From assembly GCA_964449245.1 (NCBI GenBank), contig CAYUXY010000001.1:66838-130837 (forward strand): DNA of 64,000 bases, in the 5' to 3' direction. The translations under genes were made by a program, and so were the position numbers. The stretch is from an uncultured Candidatus Saccharibacteria bacterium. GTDB taxonomy: Bacteria; Patescibacteriota; Minisyncoccia; UBA6257; GWB1-50-10. The notes under the pieces are model-generated. The model saw only the letters and a list, made by a program, of their open reading frames with translations, did no database searches and had not been told where the DNA came from. Below, one piece after another: positions 10,399 to 19,643 of the stretch (positions within the stretch are counted from its first letter, which is position 1; every line of letters starts with the position of its first letter).

Positions 10399-10782
10399 TT
10401 ATTGTATTGATGGAAGAGAAACCCCGAACATTTTTATTGGAAATGCCATAACGGGTATTGGGGCCCCCGGTGGAGGCACGGGAATCCAGCATACAGGCAC
10501 CATAATTGGAGAATAAAACCCTATTATCCAAGATTTGGGAAAGATTGACTTAAAAAGATAGCGTTGCGTCGCCGGTACCACTGCGTATGGCCCCGTGGGA
10601 GACGCGCCCGTTGGAATTAAGGTTATGGGGCCTTCACCCGGGCAAACCGTAGGAGGGGCGTATGCGGTCACCACTTTTCCAGCGAACGGGAGAAATATTG
10701 CCTCTGCTCTATCTAAGTGTACAAAATAAACAGTTAAGATGATTGAAATAATTGCAATCGTTTTTATAAGGGGAGCCTTCAT
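10399..10782 (-). CDS. Small secreted Pro/Cys-rich hypothetical protein
   Basis: 127 aa, signal peptide ending AEA, two Cys; overlaps rsmA stop by 4 nt. Confidence 0.65.
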   Translation of the reverse strand: MKAPLIKTIAIISIILTVYFVHLDRAEAIFLPFAGKVVTAYAPPTVCPGEGPITLIPTGASPTGPYAVVPATQRYLFKSIFPKSWIIGFYSPIMVPVCWIPVPPPGAPIPVMAFPIKMFGVSLPSIQ

Positions 10783-11564
10783 ACGCTGTCATTATATAGT
10801 ATGTACGTCATTTTGATAATGTTTTGTACGGAGAAATCCTGCGGACGGGCATTTTCGGGCATATTAATTGATTTCAAAAGCTGGTATGCGAGGTCTTTGT
10901 TAAAATTTTCAGAAATATTATTTATAGCCATTTTTCTCGGATGGGCAAAAAGCGTTTTTGCCATTTCAAAATATTTTTGAGGTATGCAATCGCATTTCTT
11001 TTGTATAGATATTAATGCCGAATCCACTTTGGGCGGTGGCGAAAATTCATTTTTTTTAATAGTGCGCAGAATTTTTACATCTCCCCATGCCTGTACGCAG
11101 GCGGCGAGCAGATTCATTTTCGGCTCCGTGCTCGACATTCTAACGGCCACTTCTTTTTGAATTACAAGATGGACGGTGTCCGGAATCCGTCCGGCTGTTC
11201 CGATGACGCGCAATAGATGTCCCGTAATATAATAAGGAATGTTACCTACGATGATTAATTTTCCTGTGCGTTCTATTGCATCACCCAGATACTTTTGAAG
11301 ATAAGCAATTGCATCATCGTGTATTATTTTAATATTTTTGTCGGAGTATTTTTCAGACAGTTTTTTAAATAATTCAATATCTCTTTCGATAAGTATAAGG
11401 GACAAATTTTCGTTTTTCGCTCTTTCATATAAAAATTTTGTAAGCTCTCCATGCCCCGGACCTATTTCAATGACAGTATCGCCGGAAGTGGCAAAGAAAG
11501 ACGAAGATATTTCTCTTAATATCTCCTGATTTTTTAAAAAATGTTGGCCGAGCTTTTGTCTCAT
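10779..11564 (-). CDS. rsmA: 16S rRNA m6,2A dimethyltransferase
   Basis: LGQHFL, EIGPGHG, GNIPYYIT, QKEVA, FSPPPKVDS motifs. Confidence 0.95.
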   Translation of the reverse strand: MRQKLGQHFLKNQEILREISSSFFATSGDTVIEIGPGHGELTKFLYERAKNENLSLILIERDIELFKKLSEKYSDKNIKIIHDDAIAYLQKYLGDAIERTGKLIIVGNIPYYITGHLLRVIGTAGRIPDTVHLVIQKEVAVRMSSTEPKMNLLAACVQAWGDVKILRTIKKNEFSPPPKVDSALISIQKKCDCIPQKYFEMAKTLFAHPRKMAINNISENFNKDLAYQLLKSINMPENARPQDFSVQNIIKMTYILYNDSV

Positions 11565-11575
11565 ATTATTTATTT

Positions 11576-13111
11576 TTATTCCTCAACTTTCATTCTGTAA
11601 TGAAATGCCTCTGCAATATGATTTTTATTGATTTTTTCACACCCATCCAAATCTGCAATTGTACGCGCAATTTTAAGAATACGATAGTAACCACGCGGAG
11701 AAACAAAAGATTTTTCAAGTGCTTTTTTCAAGAAAGATTCAGCATCGTTATCGAATATGCAAAACAATTCCGTTTCTTTGGAATTCATTTCTGAGTTCGT
11801 ATCGAGCAGATGTTCATTTTTGGAAAACCTGATCTTTTGCACTTCCCTTGCGAGCGATATCTTTTTTTCAAGCATTTTTTTGCCTTGCGGTTGTTCGGAA
11901 TTGCGCAGTTCGTCTATGGAAATTCTTGGCACATGGATTTGAATATCCATTCTGTCCAATAATGGCCCTGATATTTTTTTCTGATATCGCAATATTTCGT
12001 TTGCTGTGCACGTACACTCTTTCGACTGATCTTCAAAATATCCACATGGGCAAGGGTTCATTGTTCCTACAAGAGTAAATCTTGCCGGAAAAGTTATCGA
12101 ATTTTTTGCTCTCGCAATCCGTATCAGTCCGTCTTCGAGCGGTTGCCTAAGACTTTCGAGCACGTCGCGATGAAATTCCGGCATTTCATCCAAAAATAGA
12201 ATACCCTTGTGGGCAAGGCTGACTTCACCCGGCTTTGGATTTGTCCCGCCACCTATAACGGCAACAGCCGATGCCGTGTGATGAGGAGATCTAAACGGTC
12301 TCGATAGAATCTGTGCGTTTGAAATGAGTCCGGCGGCGCTGTATATTCTTGCAACATCGATCATCTCGTTTTTCGACAGCGGTGGCAACAAAGAGACGAG
12401 AGCATTGGCGAGCATCGTTTTTCCTGTTCCCGGAGGACCGGACATCATTAAATTGTGTCCCCCTGCTGCGGCAATCGCGAGGGCTCTCTTTGCATTTTCT
12501 TGCCCCTTTATATCAGAAAGCGATGGGCCAAAAGTTGGATTATTGACCGAATTATCTTCATCGGCAACAAATGGCGATATTTTTGATCTGCTTTCAAGAT
12601 GCATTATCGCATCGCGTAGCGATCGTGTTGGATAAATATTTATGCCTTGCACCATCGACGCTTCGTACGCATTTTCGACCGGAACAAAAAGCTCGTCTAT
12701 CCCATTTTGTTTGCAAAAAAGCGCTATGTTTAACGCGCCGGAAACGGGACGCAAATTCCCATTTAAAGAAAGTTCGCCGACAAACATTTTTTTATACGGA
12801 TCAAATTCTGACATTTGTTTGCTTGCCAATATATAGGCGAGGGCTATTGGAAGATCAAACCTTGTACCTTCTTTTTTAATGTTTGCCGGAGCGAGATTGA
12901 TGGTAATTCTTTTATTTTCTCTTGTTGGCGGACGGACGTCCGAATTTTTAAGTGCCGAATTAACTCTTTCTTTTGCCTCGCTTATGGCCTTATCGGCTAA
13001 GCCAACAATGTTAAAAGAATGAAGGCCGACATTCAGGTCGGCCTCAATTTCCACCAATTCCGCATCAATTCCCACTACTTCCGCAGAAAATACCTTTGCA
13101 ACTGCACTCAT
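11576..13111 (-). CDS. comM: YifB/ComM Mg-chelatase-like AAA+ ATPase
   Basis: GLADKAISEAKERV, GPPGTGKT, PFRSPHH, GEVSLAHKGILFLDE, MNPCPCG motifs. Confidence 0.92.
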   Translation of the reverse strand: MSAVAKVFSAEVVGIDAELVEIEADLNVGLHSFNIVGLADKAISEAKERVNSALKNSDVRPPTRENKRITINLAPANIKKEGTRFDLPIALAYILASKQMSEFDPYKKMFVGELSLNGNLRPVSGALNIALFCKQNGIDELFVPVENAYEASMVQGINIYPTRSLRDAIMHLESRSKISPFVADEDNSVNNPTFGPSLSDIKGQENAKRALAIAAAGGHNLMMSGPPGTGKTMLANALVSLLPPLSKNEMIDVARIYSAAGLISNAQILSRPFRSPHHTASAVAVIGGGTNPKPGEVSLAHKGILFLDEMPEFHRDVLESLRQPLEDGLIRIARAKNSITFPARFTLVGTMNPCPCGYFEDQSKECTCTANEILRYQKKISGPLLDRMDIQIHVPRISIDELRNSEQPQGKKMLEKKISLAREVQKIRFSKNEHLLDTNSEMNSKETELFCIFDNDAESFLKKALEKSFVSPRGYYRILKIARTIADLDGCEKINKNHIAEAFHYRMKVEE

Positions 13112-13118
13112 CGCAAAA

Positions 13119-13454
13119 TTATCCTTTTTTACAATTTTTACAAAACTGGGATTCGGGGCTTATATCAAAAATTTCAGGTTCTATTTCTTTTCCGCATTCT
13201 ATACATATTCCATATGATCCGTCTTCTATCAATTCAAGCGCTCGCACGATTCTCTGCAGTTTATTATCAAAAGCATCTTCAAGTCCTTTTTCGCGGACAA
13301 ACTCTTCCGTTTCGTCAGCCTCTTCGTCGAGTCCATCAATATCATCGCCAAAGTCTGAAGATTTTTTTAATTCCGAAATTCTCGTGGTCATTTCATCGCG
13401 CTCTTTTTCAAGAAGAGCTTTCCATTTATTTAATTGTTCTTTTGAATATGGCAT
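13119..13454 (-). CDS. TraR/DksA C4-type zinc finger protein
   Basis: Coiled coil with acidic tip (DGLDEEADE) plus YGICIECG...PESQFCKNC. Confidence 0.85.
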   Translation of the reverse strand: MPYSKEQLNKWKALLEKERDEMTTRISELKKSSDFGDDIDGLDEEADETEEFVREKGLEDAFDNKLQRIVRALELIEDGSYGICIECGKEIEPEIFDISPESQFCKNCKKG

Positions 13455-13458
13455 ATAT

Positions 13459-14574
13459 TTAATATCCGAGTCTTTTTGCTGCCTCATTTGACCCGTCTAT
13501 ATTAGAGCCTATCAAGAGATATTTATCAAACCAAGCATATCCAAAAACTGCTCCAGTGTTTGAAAAACGAACCAACGAGGCGGGCTTTCCTGCGATTTTT
13601 CCATCTTCCCATGCTCCAATTGTTCCCGGATCGGACAAAAATGCATTGATTAAGTCAGGGCTTGACTGTAAAGTAGCCATCTCATTTTGCATAGCTGATA
13701 TATCTCCCGTATCTTTGAATTTTGCAATAAACCCGAGCCATGTTCCGGCGGTATTGGTATACGCGAATATTGTTCCATCGCTCTCGAATTTATTTGTAAT
13801 TTCGTTTGTGAAGAATGACGGGAAGAAGGAATTAAGTATGTAAGAAAATGCCATCGGCTTGTTTGAGTTTGTTTTAAATACAACTTCTTTGAATACCGGC
13901 AGAGACGTTGATGTAAATGTAAGCGCGGATTTCATATCCGCATAGCTGAATCCCGGAAGAGGAACATCAAAAACTAAGTCTGCCGGAGATTGAAGGAGTG
14001 ATGAGTGAATTTCGAGCGTTGAGCCAATCGGCGGTTCGATTACTTCAGGCACCGTTTCGATCGGTTCGTTATTGACCGGTACGATTTCATTATTAAGCTC
14101 TTGGTTTATGTCGGCCGGGCTTTCTTCTGAGAGCATCGGCAAGACAAAGAAATATCCAATAGCAAGAATGCCGGCAATGATAATAATGGCGAGTATCCAC
14201 CCAAAAGCGCTTTTTTTCTTCTTCGCCGGCTTTGAACCTTCTCCCCATTCGGGAGTTTGCGGAGTAGATTTCGCGGTCACGGGCGGTATTTTTGGAATGT
14301 TTGTGTTTGGAGTTGATGAAACAGCGTTTGTTGTTTCAAACCCGTCGTTTATATTTTGTGGCGAAAAAGACGGCCCACCCGCATCTACGCGATTGTTATT
14401 GATGCCGGTCGTCGACGGATTGTATGCGTGAGGCATATTCCCGCCAGTTTCTTGCATAGACGCGATGTCGGAAGACATGGTTCTAACGTCTATTTTTTCT
14501 GTCGGCTGTTTTGCGAGAGGGACTTCTCCCTCCCCATCCCCTATTGCAGGGGGAAAATTTTGCTCTTCGTTCAT
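13459..14574 (-). CDS. Hypothetical single-pass membrane protein
   Basis: Pro-rich N-terminus containing DVRTMSSD, KKKK followed by a TM helix, then an extracellular domain. Confidence 0.75.
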   Translation of the reverse strand: MNEEQNFPPAIGDGEGEVPLAKQPTEKIDVRTMSSDIASMQETGGNMPHAYNPSTTGINNNRVDAGGPSFSPQNINDGFETTNAVSSTPNTNIPKIPPVTAKSTPQTPEWGEGSKPAKKKKSAFGWILAIIIIAGILAIGYFFVLPMLSEESPADINQELNNEIVPVNNEPIETVPEVIEPPIGSTLEIHSSLLQSPADLVFDVPLPGFSYADMKSALTFTSTSLPVFKEVVFKTNSNKPMAFSYILNSFFPSFFTNEITNKFESDGTIFAYTNTAGTWLGFIAKFKDTGDISAMQNEMATLQSSPDLINAFLSDPGTIGAWEDGKIAGKPASLVRFSNTGAVFGYAWFDKYLLIGSNIDGSNEAAKRLGY

Positions 14575-14621
14575 TAATCCCAATTATACACTATTTGGTT
14601 TTATGAACCAACGAATTAGTG

Positions 14622-16667
14622 CTAAATAAGCTGTTTTAGTGAAAGGCCTATTTTTCCGTCGCGGTCTGCTTTGATTACTTTTGCTATTACTTCATCGCCA
14701 ACGTGCACGACTTCTTCGACGGTTTTTACAAAACCTTCTTTTAATTCAGAGACGTGAATCATCCCATCTTTGTTCCCGCCGAGGTCTACAATAGCGCCAA
14801 ATTCCAGTATTCTTACAACTTTTCCGTTAACTATATCGCCAACCTTATATTCGCGGACAATGGCCCTTATGGCGTCACAGGCTTTTTCTACGAGAGATTG
14901 TTCGGTGCCGGCGACGTATACCGTGCCGTCATCGTCTATGTCTATCGTGACCTTATCCATGCTGGCGGCGATTATGGCGTTTATATTTTTCCCGCCTGGT
15001 CCGATAATTTCTCCAATCTTATCCTGTGGCACGGAAATTTTTACTATTTTAGGAGCATAAGGCGAAAGCTCTGGCCGTGCGGACGGAAGAGTATTTTTCA
15101 TAACATCGATAATTTGGAATCGCGCTTTTTTCGCTGAAGCAAGCGCGTCTTCAAAAATTTTCTTTGTGATTCCCTGAACCTTTACGTCCATTTGAATGGC
15201 TGTGATGCCGTCAACTGTTCCGGCAACTTTGAAATCCATATCTCCATAATGGTCTTCCGGCCCTTGGATGTCGGTAAGTATTTTATATTCACCGTTTTTA
15301 TCAAGCATTAGCCCGATAGCGATGCCTGCGACGTGTTTTTGTATCGGAACTCCGGCGTCCATTAACGATAGACACGCTGCGCACGTTGATGCCATAGAAG
15401 AAGAGCCATTTGATGACAATGTTTCGGCGACAACTCTCATCGTGTAAGGAAAGTCTTCTTTTTTCGGAATCATAGCGGACAAGGCTTTTGCGGCAAGTGT
15501 GCCGTGCCCGATTTCCCTTCTTCCCGGCCCTCTTGACCTTCCGGTTTCTCCAACGGAGAAGCTCGGGAAATTATAATGCAACATAAATCGTTTTTTGCCG
15601 GACATCTCCATAGTTTCAATCATTTGTTCGGCAGAAGAAGATGCGAGTGTTGTAACCGCGAGAACTTGAGTGGCGCCACGGGTAAAAAGTCCTGAGCCGT
15701 GTGTAAGAGAAAAGAGTCCAACTTCTGAATACAGCGGACGTATCTCGTCGAATTTTCTGTCGTCAACGCGCCTGCCTGATTCGAGCGCTTCGCGATGCAC
15801 AAAATTATCGGTTTCTTCCTCGAGAATTCCGAGAGCCTGACCGACTTTTCCGGAATATTCTTCGCTTGACGCGCAAAACTCGATTACTTTATTTTTCAAA
15901 TCGCCTTCCGTTTTGTTTTTAAGGGCGTCTTTGATTTCGGGATCTATAATATTTTTTATTTCTTTTATGAGCTGTTTGTCGGGTTCGGAAAAATCAATGG
16001 CTATTTTCGGTTTCCCGATTTCTTTGCGTATTTTGTTTTGAAATTCGACGAGCGTTTTGATTTTTTTGTGGGAATCTTCGAATATTTTTATCGCTTCATT
16101 TTCTTCTATCTCTTTTCCTTCGAGCTCGATCATATTTACGCATTCGTCCGGTCCCGCAATATATGATTTATATATAAGCGTCCCGTCTTCCGCTGTTTTT
16201 ACAAATTGGATGCCGGCAACAGGGCCGTTCCATGGTATGTCGGAAATGTGTAGCGCTGTCGAAGCGGAAAGAAGGCCTATAATATCCGGATCGTGCATTT
16301 CATCGTATGAAAGTATTGTAACGACAACCTGAACCTCTCTGCGAAGACGATTGTCAAAAAGAGGCCTGATTGTTCGGTCTATCAATCTTGCGGAAAGCGT
16401 AGCTTCGTCAGATGGGCGTCCTTCGCGCCTTATAAATCTACTGCCGATTATTTTTCCCGCCGCATAAAATCTTTCCTCATAGTCAACCGTAAGCGGGAAA
16501 AAATCACCTGATTTGTTTTCTTTCCCCATTACTACAGTTGCGAGAACTACGGTGTTTCCGTGTTTGCCGATGACGGATGCGTTTGTTTGTCCGGCGAGCT
16601 TTGATGTTTCTATAGATATTTCTTCGCCATCAAGCTCGGTTTTAAAAACTTTTCTTTCTAAGTCCAT
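14622..16667 (-). CDS. pnp: Polyribonucleotide nucleotidyltransferase
   Basis: FFPLTVDYEER, RLIDRTIRPLF, RREIGHG, SNGSSSMAS, GDMDFKVAG, KH and S1 domains. Confidence 0.97.
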   Translation of the reverse strand: MDLERKVFKTELDGEEISIETSKLAGQTNASVIGKHGNTVVLATVVMGKENKSGDFFPLTVDYEERFYAAGKIIGSRFIRREGRPSDEATLSARLIDRTIRPLFDNRLRREVQVVVTILSYDEMHDPDIIGLLSASTALHISDIPWNGPVAGIQFVKTAEDGTLIYKSYIAGPDECVNMIELEGKEIEENEAIKIFEDSHKKIKTLVEFQNKIRKEIGKPKIAIDFSEPDKQLIKEIKNIIDPEIKDALKNKTEGDLKNKVIEFCASSEEYSGKVGQALGILEEETDNFVHREALESGRRVDDRKFDEIRPLYSEVGLFSLTHGSGLFTRGATQVLAVTTLASSSAEQMIETMEMSGKKRFMLHYNFPSFSVGETGRSRGPGRREIGHGTLAAKALSAMIPKKEDFPYTMRVVAETLSSNGSSSMASTCAACLSLMDAGVPIQKHVAGIAIGLMLDKNGEYKILTDIQGPEDHYGDMDFKVAGTVDGITAIQMDVKVQGITKKIFEDALASAKKARFQIIDVMKNTLPSARPELSPYAPKIVKISVPQDKIGEIIGPGGKNINAIIAASMDKVTIDIDDDGTVYVAGTEQSLVEKACDAIRAIVREYKVGDIVNGKVVRILEFGAIVDLGGNKDGMIHVSELKEGFVKTVEEVVHVGDEVIAKVIKADRDGKIGLSLKQLI

Positions 16668-16676
16668 ATATTTATT

Positions 16677-17246
16677 TTATTTTTTATTTTTTGAACGACT
16701 GTCTCTTCCTTTTGGCGATGCATCGCGCATTCGGAGTAATATTTTCGGCATAGTTTCTATTTCCGAAAAAACATCAGCGACCTCCTTGAGTTTTGCCGAA
16801 GTTGTTCGCGAAAAAGCTGCGACTTCAACTTGTTTGCCGAGTCCCCACTTCAGATATTCGACGAGAGGAACGAAATCCCCGTCGCCTGTTATAAGAATAA
16901 TTGCATCAAGCGAGTTGCCCATTCGTATGGCGTCAACCGCAAGTCCTACGTCCCAATCGGCTTTTTTCGCGCCACCGGGATATATTTGCAAATCTTTAAG
17001 ACGAAGTTCAATGCCCGTTTTTCTAAGCGCGTCGAAAAACATTTCTTCTCCGCGTCCGTCCGTGTGCTCGTGAGGAACTATCCCCTCACTTTTCACTACG
17101 TAGGCTATTTTTCTTATCACCGGACGATTTCCGGCAACTATTTTTACAAGCTGTTCGAAATTAACGCGCGCTTGATAAAGATTTTTGGCGGAATGGTAAA
17201 TGTTCTGGACATCAATGAAAATTCCTACTCGTTGTTCGGGATACAT
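16677..17246 (-). CDS. NYN domain (LabA/DUF88, PIN-like) putative nuclease
   Basis: IFIDVQN, KADWDVGLAVDA and ITGDGDFVPLV acidic motifs. Confidence 0.88.
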   Translation of the reverse strand: MYPEQRVGIFIDVQNIYHSAKNLYQARVNFEQLVKIVAGNRPVIRKIAYVVKSEGIVPHEHTDGRGEEMFFDALRKTGIELRLKDLQIYPGGAKKADWDVGLAVDAIRMGNSLDAIILITGDGDFVPLVEYLKWGLGKQVEVAAFSRTTSAKLKEVADVFSEIETMPKILLRMRDASPKGRDSRSKNKK

Positions 17247-17274
17247 ATTTTAAATTTATTGTCTAAATAAAAAC

Positions 17275-17306
17275 TTTTACTTCCCGCGCTTTTGGGGGAA
17301 GTAAAA
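17275..17306 (-). terminator. Hairpin/terminator after rpsO
   Basis: 11-bp inverted repeat TTTTACTTCCC...GGGAAGTAAAA. Confidence 0.6.
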
Positions 17307-17318
17307 TTTGAAATACTG

Positions 17319-17579
17319 TTATAATTCAAGCTTTTTGACCAGCGCATTATATTTTTTCTCATCATTTTTCTCGAGATATTGGAGAAACCTTCTCCGTTTT
17401 CCAACCATCATGAGAAGTCCGCGTCTCGAGTGATGATCTTTCGGATTTTTCTTCAAATGACCGGCTAAAACCTTGATTTGTTTTGTCAGAAGGGCGATTT
17501 GCACCGATGCGGAGCCCGTATCGGTATCGTGTTTCTTAAAATCCTTTATCGCCGTCTGTTTTTTCTGTTTCGAAAGCAT
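17319..17579 (-). CDS. rpsO: 30S ribosomal protein S15
   Basis: DTGSASVQIALLT, KDHHSRRGLLMMVGKRRR. Confidence 0.98.
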   Translation of the reverse strand: MLSKQKKQTAIKDFKKHDTDTGSASVQIALLTKQIKVLAGHLKKNPKDHHSRRGLLMMVGKRRRFLQYLEKNDEKKYNALVKKLEL

Positions 17580-17585
17580 ATTTCG

Positions 17586-17614
17586 ATAGTAATATATATT
17601 TGGGTTTGTGTCAA
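17586..17614 (-). promoter_or_regulatory. sigma70-type promoter of rpsO (leaderless)
   Basis: TTGACA-17 nt-TACTAT ending 6 nt before the ATG. Confidence 0.7.
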
Positions 17615-17619
17615 AAAAT

Positions 17620-17855
17620 ACAGTTTTTAGTGGTTAGTTGTTAGTTTTTAGAGAAAATTTGTGGTGAGCGTAGTCGAACCATCTTTTAACTAACCTTATA
17701 AATAAACGACATTAAAACCCCGATGCTTTGATCGGGGCTCGCGACCCCCAAAGGAGCGTCGGAGTTAGATAATTAGAAATTATTTCTCCTATATTCTACA
17801 TACAATATTCTATATACTTCTGATCTAACAACTAATAACTAAAAACTAACAACTG
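17620..17855. repeat. Composite intergenic repeat element, copy A
   Basis: Inverted arrays of CTAANAA heptamers at both ends (about 17620-17651 and 17825-17855); a 59-bp palindromic core (17714-17772) shared with 25527-25585; TATATTC-like heptamers. Confidence 0.8.
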
Positions 17856-17876
17856 CTCCTATGCTATAGTACATAT

Positions 17877-18770
17877 ATGCCAAAGGATGCCACAAAATAC
17901 TTAGATCAATATCTTGACTATCTCGAGATAGAAAAAAATAAATCAAGGAAAACTCGCGAGAATTATGGTAGGTATCTTTCCTCTTTCCTTGAAAACAGGG
18001 ATATAAAAAACATTTCCGATATAAATACTGAAAATGTGCGTAAATTCAGGGTATGGCTTTCTGAAAAGAATCTTAAAAAAAATACGCAAGGGTATTATGT
18101 GATAGCCATCCGAAATTTCTTGAAATATCTAATAAAGCAGGGAGAAGAAGTCCTTTCTCCGGATATGATAGAGCTTCCAAAAGTTTCAAGACGCGACATA
18201 GAAACGCTCGACTATAAAGAGCTTGAGCGCCTTATGAGCGCGCCGGAAGGAAATGACGTAAAAACTCTTCGAGATAAAGCGATACTCGAAACTTTTTTTT
18301 CGACCGGACTTAGGCTTTCCGAGCTCTGCTCTCTTCCGCGATATATAGATTTAGAACGAGGGGAAGTTTCGGTAAGAGGCAAGGGAGACAAACTAAGAGT
18401 TGTTTTCCTTGCGGATAGTACCCGCAAATCGATTAAAGAATATCTTGCTAAGAGAACCGACCCAGAAGAAGCTCTTTTTGTAAGCGTCAGCAAATCCGGA
18501 AAAATTCTCGGGAAAATAACTCCGCGCTCCGTCGAAAGACTCGTGGATTTTTATGCGAGAAAAGCCGGAATTCCAAAAAAAATACATCCGCATCAGCTTC
18601 GCCACTCGTTTGCCACGGATCTTTTGATAAACGGCGCAGACCTGCGCTCAGTGCAGGAACTCTTAGGTCACGCAAATATATCAACAACTCAAATTTATAC
18701 GCACCTTACAAACAAAGAGCTTCGCGATGTGCACGAAGCCTTTCACGGACGCCGGAGAAAAAAAGAGTAG
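17877..18770 (+). CDS. XerC/XerD-like tyrosine recombinase
   Basis: SAM-like N-domain; catalytic TGLRLSEL, GKGDK, HPHQLRHSFAT, LLGH, TTQIYTH. Confidence 0.92.
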   Translation: MPKDATKYLDQYLDYLEIEKNKSRKTRENYGRYLSSFLENRDIKNISDINTENVRKFRVWLSEKNLKKNTQGYYVIAIRNFLKYLIKQGEEVLSPDMIELPKVSRRDIETLDYKELERLMSAPEGNDVKTLRDKAILETFFSTGLRLSELCSLPRYIDLERGEVSVRGKGDKLRVVFLADSTRKSIKEYLAKRTDPEEALFVSVSKSGKILGKITPRSVERLVDFYARKAGIPKKIHPHQLRHSFATDLLINGADLRSVQELLGHANISTTQIYTHLTNKELRDVHEAFHGRRRKKE

Positions 18771-18772
18771 TG

Positions 18773-18856
18773 TGCTGGGGGGGAGACTTGAACTCCCAAG
18801 AGGTTGCCCTCACAAGGTCCTAAGCCTTGCGCGTCTGCCAATTTCGCCACCCCAGC
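18773..18856 (-). tRNA. tRNA-Leu(TAG)
   Basis: Cloverleaf GCTGGGG/CCCCAGC, anticodon arm CAAGG-CTTAGGA-CCTTG, long variable arm, T-loop TTCAAGT; CCA not encoded. Confidence 0.95.
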
Positions 18857-18876
18857 AATAACCAAAATTCTACAAA

Positions 18877-18910
18877 TCAAAAACCCGCCTTTATAAAAGC
18901 GGGTTTTTGA
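18877..18910. terminator. Intrinsic terminator downstream of pilin cluster
   Basis: TCAAAAACCCGC...GCGGGTTTTTGA inverted repeat with T/A tails. Confidence 0.75.
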
Positions 18911-18913
18911 TTG

Positions 18914-19231
18914 TTATGCAAGTGCAAATTTTACTAACTCAATGATTGATTTCGCAAGTATTGCGACAGCAACCGCAATAACAGTTCCAAACAGTTGCTG
19001 TCTCGCAGTTTTCACCCTCGCTTCATCACCTCCGCTAAAAAGAAAATTATATGCGGAAAGGATGATAAATATAACTGCTAGAGCGAGAAGTATGCCGTAC
19101 ATCCAATTGCCTATTTTATCCATCAACTCCAATACCTTTGTTGGCGTGTTAATGGAGCTTTCTGCTTGGGCAATATAAGGTAAAATTAATAGTCCTATAA
19201 TTGTCCAAAAATTAGTGAAGACTTTTTTCAT
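18914..19231 (-). CDS. VirB2/TrbC-like pilin
   Basis: Signal peptide, then TM-SGGDEARVKTAR-TM hairpin. Confidence 0.8.
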   Translation of the reverse strand: MKKVFTNFWTIIGLLILPYIAQAESSINTPTKVLELMDKIGNWMYGILLALAVIFIILSAYNFLFSGGDEARVKTARQQLFGTVIAVAVAILAKSIIELVKFALA

Positions 19232-19240
19232 AGCCCAATT

Positions 19241-19594
19241 TTATCTAACTATGGAACTAATGACAATTACGATACCTTGCGCAAGAAGGCCAATTGCGAC
19301 TGCGACAATCGCGTATATCAAATAATTTTTTGCTTTTGTAACAGACTTCTCTTCCCCGCCTGATGTGAGGTAGTAGAACGCTGCCACAATTAAGAATATT
19401 ACGGCAAGAGCCAATAAAATTCCTAACATGTATTTTGCAATCAATTGAACTCTCGTCATTAATGAGCTGTAGTTTGTAATGTCAGACTCTAGGGTCGGTT
19501 CGGTGCCACTAAATGGATCGGTAATTTGCCCGATTGCAAATGCAGGAGCAAGAAGTATTGCTGCGAGTATTCCTGCTGTAATAATTTTTTTCAT
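19241..19594 (-). CDS. VirB2/TrbC-like pilin
   Basis: Signal peptide, then TM-TSGGEEKSVTKAK-TM. Confidence 0.8.
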   Translation of the reverse strand: MKKIITAGILAAILLAPAFAIGQITDPFSGTEPTLESDITNYSSLMTRVQLIAKYMLGILLALAVIFLIVAAFYYLTSGGEEKSVTKAKNYLIYAIVAVAIGLLAQGIVIVISSIVR

Positions 19595-19643
19595 TTTTAA
19601 TAATTAATATAATACGACCTTTTCTTTTTGTGACGCATCGGAA

